From Methanobacteriota archaeon (GTDB lineage: Archaea; Thermoplasmatota; Poseidoniia; Poseidoniales; Poseidoniaceae): 64,000 nucleotides of DNA. The stretch lies in contig JABJMO010000002.1 in the NCBI GenBank assembly GCA_018659375.1, positions 76,373 through 140,372 on the forward strand, given 5' to 3'. Both the position numbers and the translations under genes were made by a program. Below the pieces are notes generated by a model. It saw only the letters and a program-made list of their open reading frames with translations. It made no database searches and was not told where the DNA came from. How positions within the stretch are numbered: position 1 is the first letter of the stretch; each line of letters opens with the position of its first letter. This document shows positions 47,747-56,019 of the stretch, piece after piece.

Positions 47747-50700
47747 ATGATGATGAGAAGACTATCTTCGGTAACTTTAGTGACCTTACTATTACTACAA
47801 ACATTAGCTCTGAACTATGTTCCTGAAGTTGATGCTGCAACCGCAAAAGGTGGCTCAAAGGATGACTTTAGTATCTTCAGCATAGAGGTTGGAAACCAGA
47901 CCATACCTACCGAAAAATGGATACAGCCAAACGGTGAGGTTATTGATTACTTACTACAAGATGATTTTATCGAAGTAAAGGTTACTGTTTACAAAGACGG
48001 TTCAGTAACTGGTGTACAAAAACAAACTGAAGCACTGTTAGAAATTGTTCATCCTATCGGTTTCGTAATCGAATCATTTGGCTGGACTACCGGATTGATG
48101 GCTGGTGGTGCTAAAGATGCAACAACAATCTCGTGGAATCCTCAAGAGGCTCATTCTGTTTTGGATACCAATACTAACGAACTATCAGGTGGGCTCATAC
48201 TTAGAGCATCAGTTAATTTCACTGCTGACGACAGAAACGATAATGATATAATGGAAAAGCAAGTACCAATCGCAGTATACAAAGACATCTTTGATGGTGA
48301 AGCCTCTGGTACCTCGCTCACCTTTAGACCAGCTCGCTATCCTATTGGTGGGGGTGACGCTAATGATTATGGCTCTTGGTATGAGGATAATACAGATGCA
48401 ACCTCCGGCAGTTCTCACTGGAGAATGTCTTTGCCAGGTGGTAACACATATCCGTCCAGTGCCTTTGACAGATTAGTTCACTCATATAAAAATCCAGATA
48501 ATAATTGCAATGGTGACCAGCTAGACTCTGGTTTGACAAATTTAGAACAAGCATGGGTTTGCCGTAAAATTTTCCAATCACAAAATTATATTTCCAGCCA
48601 AATACATCTTCAAGCATGGGGTACAATGGGTGCAGGAGATGCTGCTTACCTAGAGTTCTGGAATAACAATGGGAATTTTTCAGACCCGTTACAATCAGTA
48701 CATTGGGATGTTGCAGAAATAAATCCTAGTCCAATTCCAGGTCAATGGAAAAATATTTCCTGGGACCCGCAAACAGTATGGTCTCAAAATCCATCCTTAG
48801 CAAATCCAGATTTGTTCTTAGGCGGCAATTCATGGACCTTCGGTTTAGTATTCAGGTCAGACAGTTCAAGCGCAACTCAAGGTATGCATTTTGATGATTT
48901 TGTTCAATTCGGTGTCTCTAAGGTGGATGGTTTTACTCTTACTGCTAACTGTGATAATCCAGTTGGTGGATTTGAAACGGTGCCAAATGATTTAGTTTCA
49001 TGGAAGTGTTTAGTGACCAACAATGGCTACAAAAATGTCCAATTCCGAGCACAAACCAATGTCACAAATTCCTCATGGATGAACCCTACAGTGCCCCAGT
49101 TAAGGCTTGATACCACCAATCCAAATGACAACGATTTCAGTGTGGTTATTCCACCCATAGGTCCATTTGAAACCACTGAGGTTTGGGCGAATCTTTCTAT
49201 ACCGGTTGGCGCAGATGTCCAAATTCAAGATTGGGATATATGGTTTACTGATGCTAGTTCAGCCAACACAGGTGAGAAAGCTAGAGTGTCAACAACTGTT
49301 TCGATAGATTCTCAATACAGTGTGAGGCTAAACTCAAATGCCAATCAAATAGCGCTTACTATGACTCCGGGTGAAACTGCAAATCTACCATTCCAAATCA
49401 CCAATACCGGTAATTTAGATTCAACATTCGAGTTACGCTCAACCTTTAACGCAGAATTATGGAGCGGTACCATACAAGACGATGTTGGAAATGCTATTAC
49501 TTCTATATTTATGGAAAAGGGCACATCTACAGACTTATCGCTCTCCATATCTGCTGAACAGCAAGCCACTCCAGGTCAAATATCTGTCGAGATAAGGGCA
49601 ACAAGAACTAGCGGTAATGTGGTTGGCGATACAACTCTTAATCGGTTGATTAATGTACCAATCTATCGGGACAGCAACCTTGAGGTTGACTATTCATCAC
49701 CTTACTTTTCGACCGACGAAAGTGGTTTACCAGTAGTTGTTGGCTATGCTAATGGCGAAGAAAAAATGCTTAGAATGACGCTATTTAATAACGGTAATGA
49801 TGAAGAATCATTCAATATTACAGTGGCCAATAATTTCCCGATATATTACCGGCAAACAGGTGCAACTGTAGATAATGTTGAATCACCTTTGCTAAACGAA
49901 TGGGGTGGTACTTGGAGTTTCTTCTTGAATTTGCCAATGCCTCTTGGTCTGCCTGAGGGGTTTTACGATGTTATAGTGACTGCTACTAACGTGAACGACC
50001 CGTCACTATCCGTAAGTGAAGTAGTCTCGATTGAGGTCAAGAAAACTGCCAGTGTCCACGTTGAAACAGATATTTCTGACCAGTCTTACATCCCAGGTGA
50101 TCTTGCTCAATCAATGACTTTCGAAGTCACCAATAATGGAAATATCCAAGATACCTTTGAAATGAGTCTAAATCTCCCTCAAGGTATGAATGCTCAATTC
50201 ACCAACCTTGTTGATGGCTCAAAGACCGTACCAATCAATAGCGGTGCTAGTTACAACGTAACCGTCGAATTTTCGTTTGTTGAAGGTACCAGTGCTGATC
50301 TAAATATGGTAATCATTGCTAAGAGTCTTTTTGATGAGACGGTAATTGCTAGTGGTGGTTCAACTTACTCTGTTGGAAGTACCAATCAATTGTTGAAGAT
50401 TTTACCTTCACAGTTGGTCATAATCGACGACTTTGAAAATGAAGTAACCTTAGAAGTGACAGTTAGAAACCAATATTCAACAGCGCAATCAGTTTCGATG
50501 GACATCGGTGCTGGAAACTCTAGCAGTTGGTTCCAATCAAGAATTGATAGTAATGATCGACAATTTGTCCTTGGTACTGGAGATGATTCCATTAGGGTTA
50601 TTACAGTTACATTCCAAGTCACTGAATCAACTCTGATGACGCTTGATCAGCCAACATTTGATTCTGAAATAACACTCTATGCCAGGTCAGATACCGTCGC

Positions 50701-51196
50701 AGAAGTAGCTCAATCAGAAATCCAAGTCCAACTCAGGAAAATAATCATCGAAACGAACGATGATCAGGGTTCTTCTTTTGACCTTGCTGGAGCTGCAATG
50801 TGGTTTGGATTTGTTCTAGTAATGGTAGCAGGAATTGTGATTGCAATTAGAATTCTCAAGAATGTTGAAGATGAAGATGATGAATATGCCAATTGGGGGC
50901 AAGAAGGTTACCAAGATAGTATTACAGCAACATACCAATCGGTAATTTCTGCGCCTACGGTTCCATCAGGTCCGCCTGCAACCTTGCCATCATCCATGCC
51001 ACCTCAATCAGCACCACCTGCAAGTGTGCCATCATCTATGCCGCCGAAGTCTGCTCTACCAGCACAATCAGCACCATCTGCCCCTTCGCAACCGTCAGGA
51101 CCTCCTCTTCCAGCCACTGGACTACCCGCTGGGTGGACTATGGCACAATGGGGTGCATATGGCGCTCAGTGGCTTGAACAAAACGAGCAACAATAA
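47747..51196 (+). CDS. giant cell-surface protein with repeated CARDB-like beta-sandwich modules, C-terminal TM anchor and Pro-rich cytoplasmic tail
   Basis: Signal peptide. Recurring ..[VF].N.G[NY]....F.. strands (VTNNGYKNVQF, ITNTGNLDSTFEL, LFNNGNDEESFNI, VTNNGNIQDTFEM). TM helix MWFGFVLVMVAGIVIAI. Tail PSSMPPQSAPPASVPSSMPPKS... Confidence 0.7.
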   Translation: MMMRRLSSVTLVTLLLLQTLALNYVPEVDAATAKGGSKDDFSIFSIEVGNQTIPTEKWIQPNGEVIDYLLQDDFIEVKVTVYKDGSVTGVQKQTEALLEIVHPIGFVIESFGWTTGLMAGGAKDATTISWNPQEAHSVLDTNTNELSGGLILRASVNFTADDRNDNDIMEKQVPIAVYKDIFDGEASGTSLTFRPARYPIGGGDANDYGSWYEDNTDATSGSSHWRMSLPGGNTYPSSAFDRLVHSYKNPDNNCNGDQLDSGLTNLEQAWVCRKIFQSQNYISSQIHLQAWGTMGAGDAAYLEFWNNNGNFSDPLQSVHWDVAEINPSPIPGQWKNISWDPQTVWSQNPSLANPDLFLGGNSWTFGLVFRSDSSSATQGMHFDDFVQFGVSKVDGFTLTANCDNPVGGFETVPNDLVSWKCLVTNNGYKNVQFRAQTNVTNSSWMNPTVPQLRLDTTNPNDNDFSVVIPPIGPFETTEVWANLSIPVGADVQIQDWDIWFTDASSANTGEKARVSTTVSIDSQYSVRLNSNANQIALTMTPGETANLPFQITNTGNLDSTFELRSTFNAELWSGTIQDDVGNAITSIFMEKGTSTDLSLSISAEQQATPGQISVEIRATRTSGNVVGDTTLNRLINVPIYRDSNLEVDYSSPYFSTDESGLPVVVGYANGEEKMLRMTLFNNGNDEESFNITVANNFPIYYRQTGATVDNVESPLLNEWGGTWSFFLNLPMPLGLPEGFYDVIVTATNVNDPSLSVSEVVSIEVKKTASVHVETDISDQSYIPGDLAQSMTFEVTNNGNIQDTFEMSLNLPQGMNAQFTNLVDGSKTVPINSGASYNVTVEFSFVEGTSADLNMVIIAKSLFDETVIASGGSTYSVGSTNQLLKILPSQLVIIDDFENEVTLEVTVRNQYSTAQSVSMDIGAGNSSSWFQSRIDSNDRQFVLGTGDDSIRVITVTFQVTESTLMTLDQPTFDSEITLYARSDTVAEVAQSEIQVQLRKIIIETNDDQGSSFDLAGAAMWFGFVLVMVAGIVIAIRILKNVEDEDDEYANWGQEGYQDSITATYQSVISAPTVPSGPPATLPSSMPPQSAPPASVPSSMPPKSALPAQSAPSAPSQPSGPPLPATGLPAGWTMAQWGAYGAQWLEQNEQQ

Positions 51197-51265
51197 AAAA
51201 AGTGCGAAATTTTTGAATCGTAGGGTTCAAGGCTTGGGCGTACTCGCAGACCATGAGGCGAAAAC

Positions 51266-52888
51266 ATGTACGGTAATGGACAAGCACCCATATTTATTTT
51301 GAAAGATGGCACTCAAAGGACAAGAGGAAGAACTGCTCAATCAAATAACATAGCGGCTGCCAAAGCAGTAGCAGATGCGGTTAGGTCAACTTTGGGTCCA
51401 AAAGGAATGGACAAGATGTTGGTTGATTCAATGGGTGACGTAGTCATCACTAATGATGGTGCAACCATTCTCAAAGAAATGGACATAGAACACCCTGCGG
51501 CAAAGATGATTATCGAAGTTGCTAAGACACAAGAGCAACATTGCTTCGACGGAACAACAACTGCTGTTGTATTATCTGGTGAACTTCTCAAGAGAAGTGA
51601 AGACCTCATTGAACAAAATGTACATCCTACAGTAATTTGTGAGGGTTTTAGGTTAGCCGCCGAAAAAGCAGTTGGTCTACTCGGGAGTCACGGAATTGAA
51701 ACCAAAAACGACGATGCTGTACTGATGGAAGTTGCTAAGACTGCTTTAACCGGAAAGTCAGCGGGTGCTGTGAAGTCATTCATGGCAGATATTTGTGTTA
51801 GGGCGGTAAACGCAGTTGGAATTATTGACGGTGAACAAAGAATAGTAGACTTGTCTGATATTAAAGTCGAAAAGCGACAAGGCGGTTCAATCAAAGACTC
51901 TACCCTCATTGATGGAATAATCTTGGATAAGGAAAGAGTTCATGCAGGTATGCCAAGATCAATATCTGGCGCTAAAATAGCCTTAGTGAACTCAGCGATT
52001 GAAGTTAAGAAAACCGAAGTGGATGCTAAAATACAAATTACCGATCCGAACCAACTTTCCAAATTCCTCGAGGAAGAAGAAAACTACATCAGAGGACTAG
52101 TTGAAAAGATTAAGAATTCTGGTGCAAATGTACTAATTTGTCAAAAGGGAATTGATGAACTTGCTCAACACTATATGGCAAAATCAGGTATTTTCGCAAT
52201 ACGCCGAGCCAAGAAATCTGATATGGAAGCATTATCAAAGGCTACAAGCGGTAAAATTGTTACTAATTTAGATGATTTGACTCCAGAGGACTTGGGTAAT
52301 GCAGAGCGCGTTGAGGAAAAGAAAATTGGAGAATCAGAGATGACATTCATTACTGGATGCCCTGAAGCAAAATCAGTTTCAGTATTACTCAGGGGTGGTA
52401 CAGAACACGTAGTTGATGAAATTAGAAGAGCGTTTGATGATGCTGTTGGCGTGGTATCCGTGGCTTGGGAAGATGGTGCAGTTCTAACTGGAGGGGGTAG
52501 TGTTCTTGCCGCTCTTTCACGTGATTTGAGGACCTTTGCAGAAACAGTCGGAGGAAGAGAGCAGATGGCTATTGAAGCATTTGCTTCGGCGCTAGAAATA
52601 GTTCCAAGAACCTTGGCGGAAAATGCTGGATTAGATCCAGTTACAACACTGATAGAGCTTCGAAAAGCTCACGCAGACGGTCAGTCTCACGCTGGAATCA
52701 ATGTTTACGAAGGTGGAGTAGTCGACATGAGAAAGGCCAACGTCATAGAACCACTACGTGTTGTTGAACAAGCAATTCAATCTGCTACAGAGACCGCAGT
52801 AATGATTTTGCGAATCGACGATGTTATTTCATCCAAGGGCGTATCCATGGGTAGCGAAATGGGCGACATGGGCGACTTCCAGATGTAA
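51266..52888 (+). CDS. ths: thermosome subunit (group II chaperonin)
   Basis: [21 protein letters not shown], the apical helical-protrusion region, and a C-terminal GDMGDFQM tail. Confidence 0.95.
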   Translation: MYGNGQAPIFILKDGTQRTRGRTAQSNNIAAAKAVADAVRSTLGPKGMDKMLVDSMGDVVITNDGATILKEMDIEHPAAKMIIEVAKTQEQHCFDGTTTAVVLSGELLKRSEDLIEQNVHPTVICEGFRLAAEKAVGLLGSHGIETKNDDAVLMEVAKTALTGKSAGAVKSFMADICVRAVNAVGIIDGEQRIVDLSDIKVEKRQGGSIKDSTLIDGIILDKERVHAGMPRSISGAKIALVNSAIEVKKTEVDAKIQITDPNQLSKFLEEEENYIRGLVEKIKNSGANVLICQKGIDELAQHYMAKSGIFAIRRAKKSDMEALSKATSGKIVTNLDDLTPEDLGNAERVEEKKIGESEMTFITGCPEAKSVSVLLRGGTEHVVDEIRRAFDDAVGVVSVAWEDGAVLTGGGSVLAALSRDLRTFAETVGGREQMAIEAFASALEIVPRTLAENAGLDPVTTLIELRKAHADGQSHAGINVYEGGVVDMRKANVIEPLRVVEQAIQSATETAVMILRIDDVISSKGVSMGSEMGDMGDFQM

Positions 52889-52986
52889 TCTGGCCGATAA
52901 ATTATCTCGCACAGCAAATCAACTCTCCTTGGGAGAGCAAGCAACCTTCAAAGACTACGGCGGTTTGGCATCACTGAGTGAGTATA

Positions 52987-55146
52987 ATGCCAGAAGTCGC
53001 TGATAGGAATCTTACCATCTATTTTGGTTCCCAAACAGGCAATGCAGAGGAACTTGCAAGTAAAACTGCTAAGTTAGCCAAAAAATTCAATCTCTCTGCG
53101 AAGGTAGTTGACCTTGGAGATATAAAACCAGAAGATTTTACTTCGTCAAAAAGAGCGCTCATCATCACTTCTACTTGGGGAGAAGGCGAGATGCCGGATA
53201 ACTCAGAATCTATTTGGGCAGCAACCTGTGAATCAAATCCAAATTTGTCTACAGTAAATTTCAGCATCTGTGCAATTGGTGACACATCATATGATGAATT
53301 CTGTAAGGCTGGATTAGATTGGGATGAGAAGTTCAAACAGCTTGGCGCCAACTGCGTTCATGATATTCAACTGTGTGATGTAGAATATGAACCCGAATGG
53401 CAAACATGGGCCAATTCAGCATTACAAGCAATGTCTGATGTAGACACTGGAACTGTAATGGTTGATGAGTCAGAAGCAACGGCACAAGTAGAAACAGCAT
53501 CCGCCCCAGTTGCCTCAGGAAGTGCCAGTGCAGGACTATCTTCTCTGTTTGAAGGTGACAGATCTCTAGCCATTTTATTTGGATCACAAACCGGAAATGC
53601 TGCTGCTCTGGCTGAAAAGACAGCGAAAATGGCTGCTGATTATGGATTGATTCCTACCGTTTACGATATGGATGGATTTGATGCAGCAACATTAGCAACT
53701 CACAAACGCACTCTGATAATCACTTCAACATGGGGCGAAGGAGAAATGCCTGATAATGCTGAATCACTATGGCAGGCGGTAAATTCTAACTCACCTTCAC
53801 TCTCTGGAGTAAATTTTAGTATTTGTGCAATCGGGGACACAGCTTATGACGAGTTTTGTAAAGCTGGAACTGACTGGGATGACAAATATGAATCGCTAGG
53901 GGCTAGTAGAGTCCACCAAATACAACTGTGCGATGTTGACTTTGAACCGCCATTTGTCACATGGGTTGCTCAGGCTTTGCCAAAGATTGCCTGTGTTGAC
54001 TCATCAGGAACCCTACAAATCGAGCTACTCGACGAAATGATTGCTTATGGTTCAAGTGGAGATGACGAAGTAGTTTCAGGAGATTTTGCTCCTGGGGTTG
54101 TGGATGAAACAGAACTAACTGTAACAGTCGAAATCTTCCGTTACTGCCCAAGTGCAGCCGAGTCCGGATGGGATACAATCGTATGTTCACTTCCTGCTAA
54201 TGCCTCCATACAAGACATGTTACTTGCCATCAAGAATGATGTTGACGGAAGTCTGACTTTCAGGATGGGTGACGGCAGTGGTACTGCAAGTTGTGGAATT
54301 AGAATCAACGGCAGACTTGTTCTCGCAGATACAACATCAATTGGAAGCGTTACTAAAGCAGATGGAAGATTAAAAATCGAACCACTATCTGGATACCCGG
54401 TCATTAGAGATTTGATGGTAGACTATTCGAAGTTTGAAGAAAACCGCATGAAAGCTAAGCCATGGATGCAATCTAATCCACGTGAGGGAGAGTACCTGTT
54501 AAACGGTATGGCGGTTGGAACAATGTCCAAAGAACAAGCGTCTAAACTACATTCTTCAAGTGACATTAAATCGTATTATTTACTTCACTCAATGTCTGAT
54601 ACAGTTACTTATGATTCAAAATACGAAGGCCCCGGAATTCATCTACAAAGATGGAATCGAGTCATCGACCCAAGGTCTAGCGAGACATTCAAGAACTCAC
54701 TTATTGATTCGCTAAATAACTCAACTGGAGTTTGGGGAGAAGCCGATCTAGCATCGATTGCTAGGTATGGGCAAGAGGGTAAAACAGCCTCATCCGGTCT
54801 CAATGACGTTCGCGCCTACATCCTAAACCAAACCAACTACAGAGGTCCACATGGAAGACTGGTCAAGTGGTACGGAAGAAGCGTCAAATGGACTGGTAAA
54901 TTGAACGAAACTACGCTATATCGCCAAGTTCTTGGCCCTATTGGCCTGCTGAGTAACATTTTCGATGGCGTTTCTGCTCGAATGGTACTAGGATTCACTA
55001 GAACTGGTGGGCCTCCGATTAGAAGTCTACAAGCATTGGTATTACCACCTTCAGGTATTGGTAAAATACCAAATATGTTCAATTCCAAAGTTAAGAACCA
55101 TCACCAAGTTGTCGGATTGTTTAACGAAATTGACCAGAGGTTTTGA
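52987..55146 (+). CDS. fusion protein: two flavodoxin-like FMN domains plus a cysteine-depleted SdhB/FrdB-like domain plus an unknown C-terminal extension
   Basis: Flavodoxin 1 at about 53011-53428 and flavodoxin 2 at about 53566-53983 (GSQTGNA...STWGEGEMPDN...FSICAIGDT.YDEFCKAG). The SdhB-like region at about 54100-54830 is colinear with E. coli SdhB but lacks the Fe-S Cys blocks. An alternative GTG start exists at 52978. Confidence 0.8.
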   Translation: MPEVADRNLTIYFGSQTGNAEELASKTAKLAKKFNLSAKVVDLGDIKPEDFTSSKRALIITSTWGEGEMPDNSESIWAATCESNPNLSTVNFSICAIGDTSYDEFCKAGLDWDEKFKQLGANCVHDIQLCDVEYEPEWQTWANSALQAMSDVDTGTVMVDESEATAQVETASAPVASGSASAGLSSLFEGDRSLAILFGSQTGNAAALAEKTAKMAADYGLIPTVYDMDGFDAATLATHKRTLIITSTWGEGEMPDNAESLWQAVNSNSPSLSGVNFSICAIGDTAYDEFCKAGTDWDDKYESLGASRVHQIQLCDVDFEPPFVTWVAQALPKIACVDSSGTLQIELLDEMIAYGSSGDDEVVSGDFAPGVVDETELTVTVEIFRYCPSAAESGWDTIVCSLPANASIQDMLLAIKNDVDGSLTFRMGDGSGTASCGIRINGRLVLADTTSIGSVTKADGRLKIEPLSGYPVIRDLMVDYSKFEENRMKAKPWMQSNPREGEYLLNGMAVGTMSKEQASKLHSSSDIKSYYLLHSMSDTVTYDSKYEGPGIHLQRWNRVIDPRSSETFKNSLIDSLNNSTGVWGEADLASIARYGQEGKTASSGLNDVRAYILNQTNYRGPHGRLVKWYGRSVKWTGKLNETTLYRQVLGPIGLLSNIFDGVSARMVLGFTRTGGPPIRSLQALVLPPSGIGKIPNMFNSKVKNHHQVVGLFNEIDQRF

Positions 55147-55154
55147 GTGATAAA

Positions 55155-56012
55155 ATGCCAAAGATTGCTTATTATCCTGGTAATGTTGCCCGAGCTGCTT
55201 CAATGGAAGTAGAGGATTGTATACAACCGCTATGCAAAACCTTGGGTATTGATTTAATTGAATTGCCAGAAGCGACTAGTGATGGTGGTAATATTATCAA
55301 GCAAGCTTCAACAAAATTACAACATGCTTTGGTTGCAAGAAACCTAGCATTGGCTGAAGAAAAAGGGCTAGATATCATGACTACTTGCGCAACAAGCCAT
55401 GGGATTATGAAAGATACTATGCAAGATTTGAAAGATGACCCTGTCTATTCTGCCCAATTAAATAACTTGATTGCCCGTTCTACGGGTGTTGAGTACCGAG
55501 GTGAAGCAGAGTCATGGCATCTATTGCACTACTTAGTAGAAGAGATTGGCCTTGACAAAATTAACGACGCAGTAATTAATCCAATCGATCTCAACATTGC
55601 ACCTTATTATGGACCAAATATGCAAAGAGAGGGGTTTTGTGCCCAAGACGACCCATTTATGCCGTCCTATCTAGAGCAACTCATTACCGCATTAGGTGGC
55701 CGACCGGTAAATTACGACTTAAAGTGTCAAAGTGTCGGTGCCCCCTCATTACTTACTCTAGAAAAACCCGTTATGTCCCTCATATCATCTGTTATTAGTG
55801 ACGCAAAATCAAATGGTGCTGATATAATAGTGAGTGCTTGTACAGTATCTCACTCAAACCTTGATTCATATCAATCTAAGGCAGGGCGTAAGACTGGTAA
55901 AAATACCAGTATACCTGTGATACATCTAGCTGAACTAGTAGCCTTTGCCTTGGGTCATTTCCCTGACAGATTGGCACAGTTGAGAACTAGAGCAATTTTG
56001 ATTGGTGGCTGA
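55155..56012 (+). CDS. HdrB/SdhE-like double CCG-domain protein with degenerate cysteine motifs
   Basis: Colinear with HdrB as I recall it from M. marburgensis: KIAYYPGN vs EIAYFLGC, ATSDGG vs ASCCPAPG, TTCATSHG vs TECNGCFG, PYYGPNM vs VHYGCHF, KCQSVGAP vs MCCGAGG, SACTVSHSNLD vs NVCPFCHLQFD, IPVIHLAELVAFALG vs IPVLHLAQLLGLAMG. Starts 8 nt after the upstream stop. Confidence 0.75.
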   Translation: MPKIAYYPGNVARAASMEVEDCIQPLCKTLGIDLIELPEATSDGGNIIKQASTKLQHALVARNLALAEEKGLDIMTTCATSHGIMKDTMQDLKDDPVYSAQLNNLIARSTGVEYRGEAESWHLLHYLVEEIGLDKINDAVINPIDLNIAPYYGPNMQREGFCAQDDPFMPSYLEQLITALGGRPVNYDLKCQSVGAPSLLTLEKPVMSLISSVISDAKSNGADIIVSACTVSHSNLDSYQSKAGRKTGKNTSIPVIHLAELVAFALGHFPDRLAQLRTRAILIGG

Positions 56013-56019
56013 AATTTAC

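Noticed and set aside
52923-52937. Hairpin CTCTCC-TTG-GGAGAG, 35 nt after the thermosome stop, as a terminator
   Set aside because: It has a perfect 6-bp stem but only a 3-nt loop, and no oligo-T tract follows. That is too weak to call.
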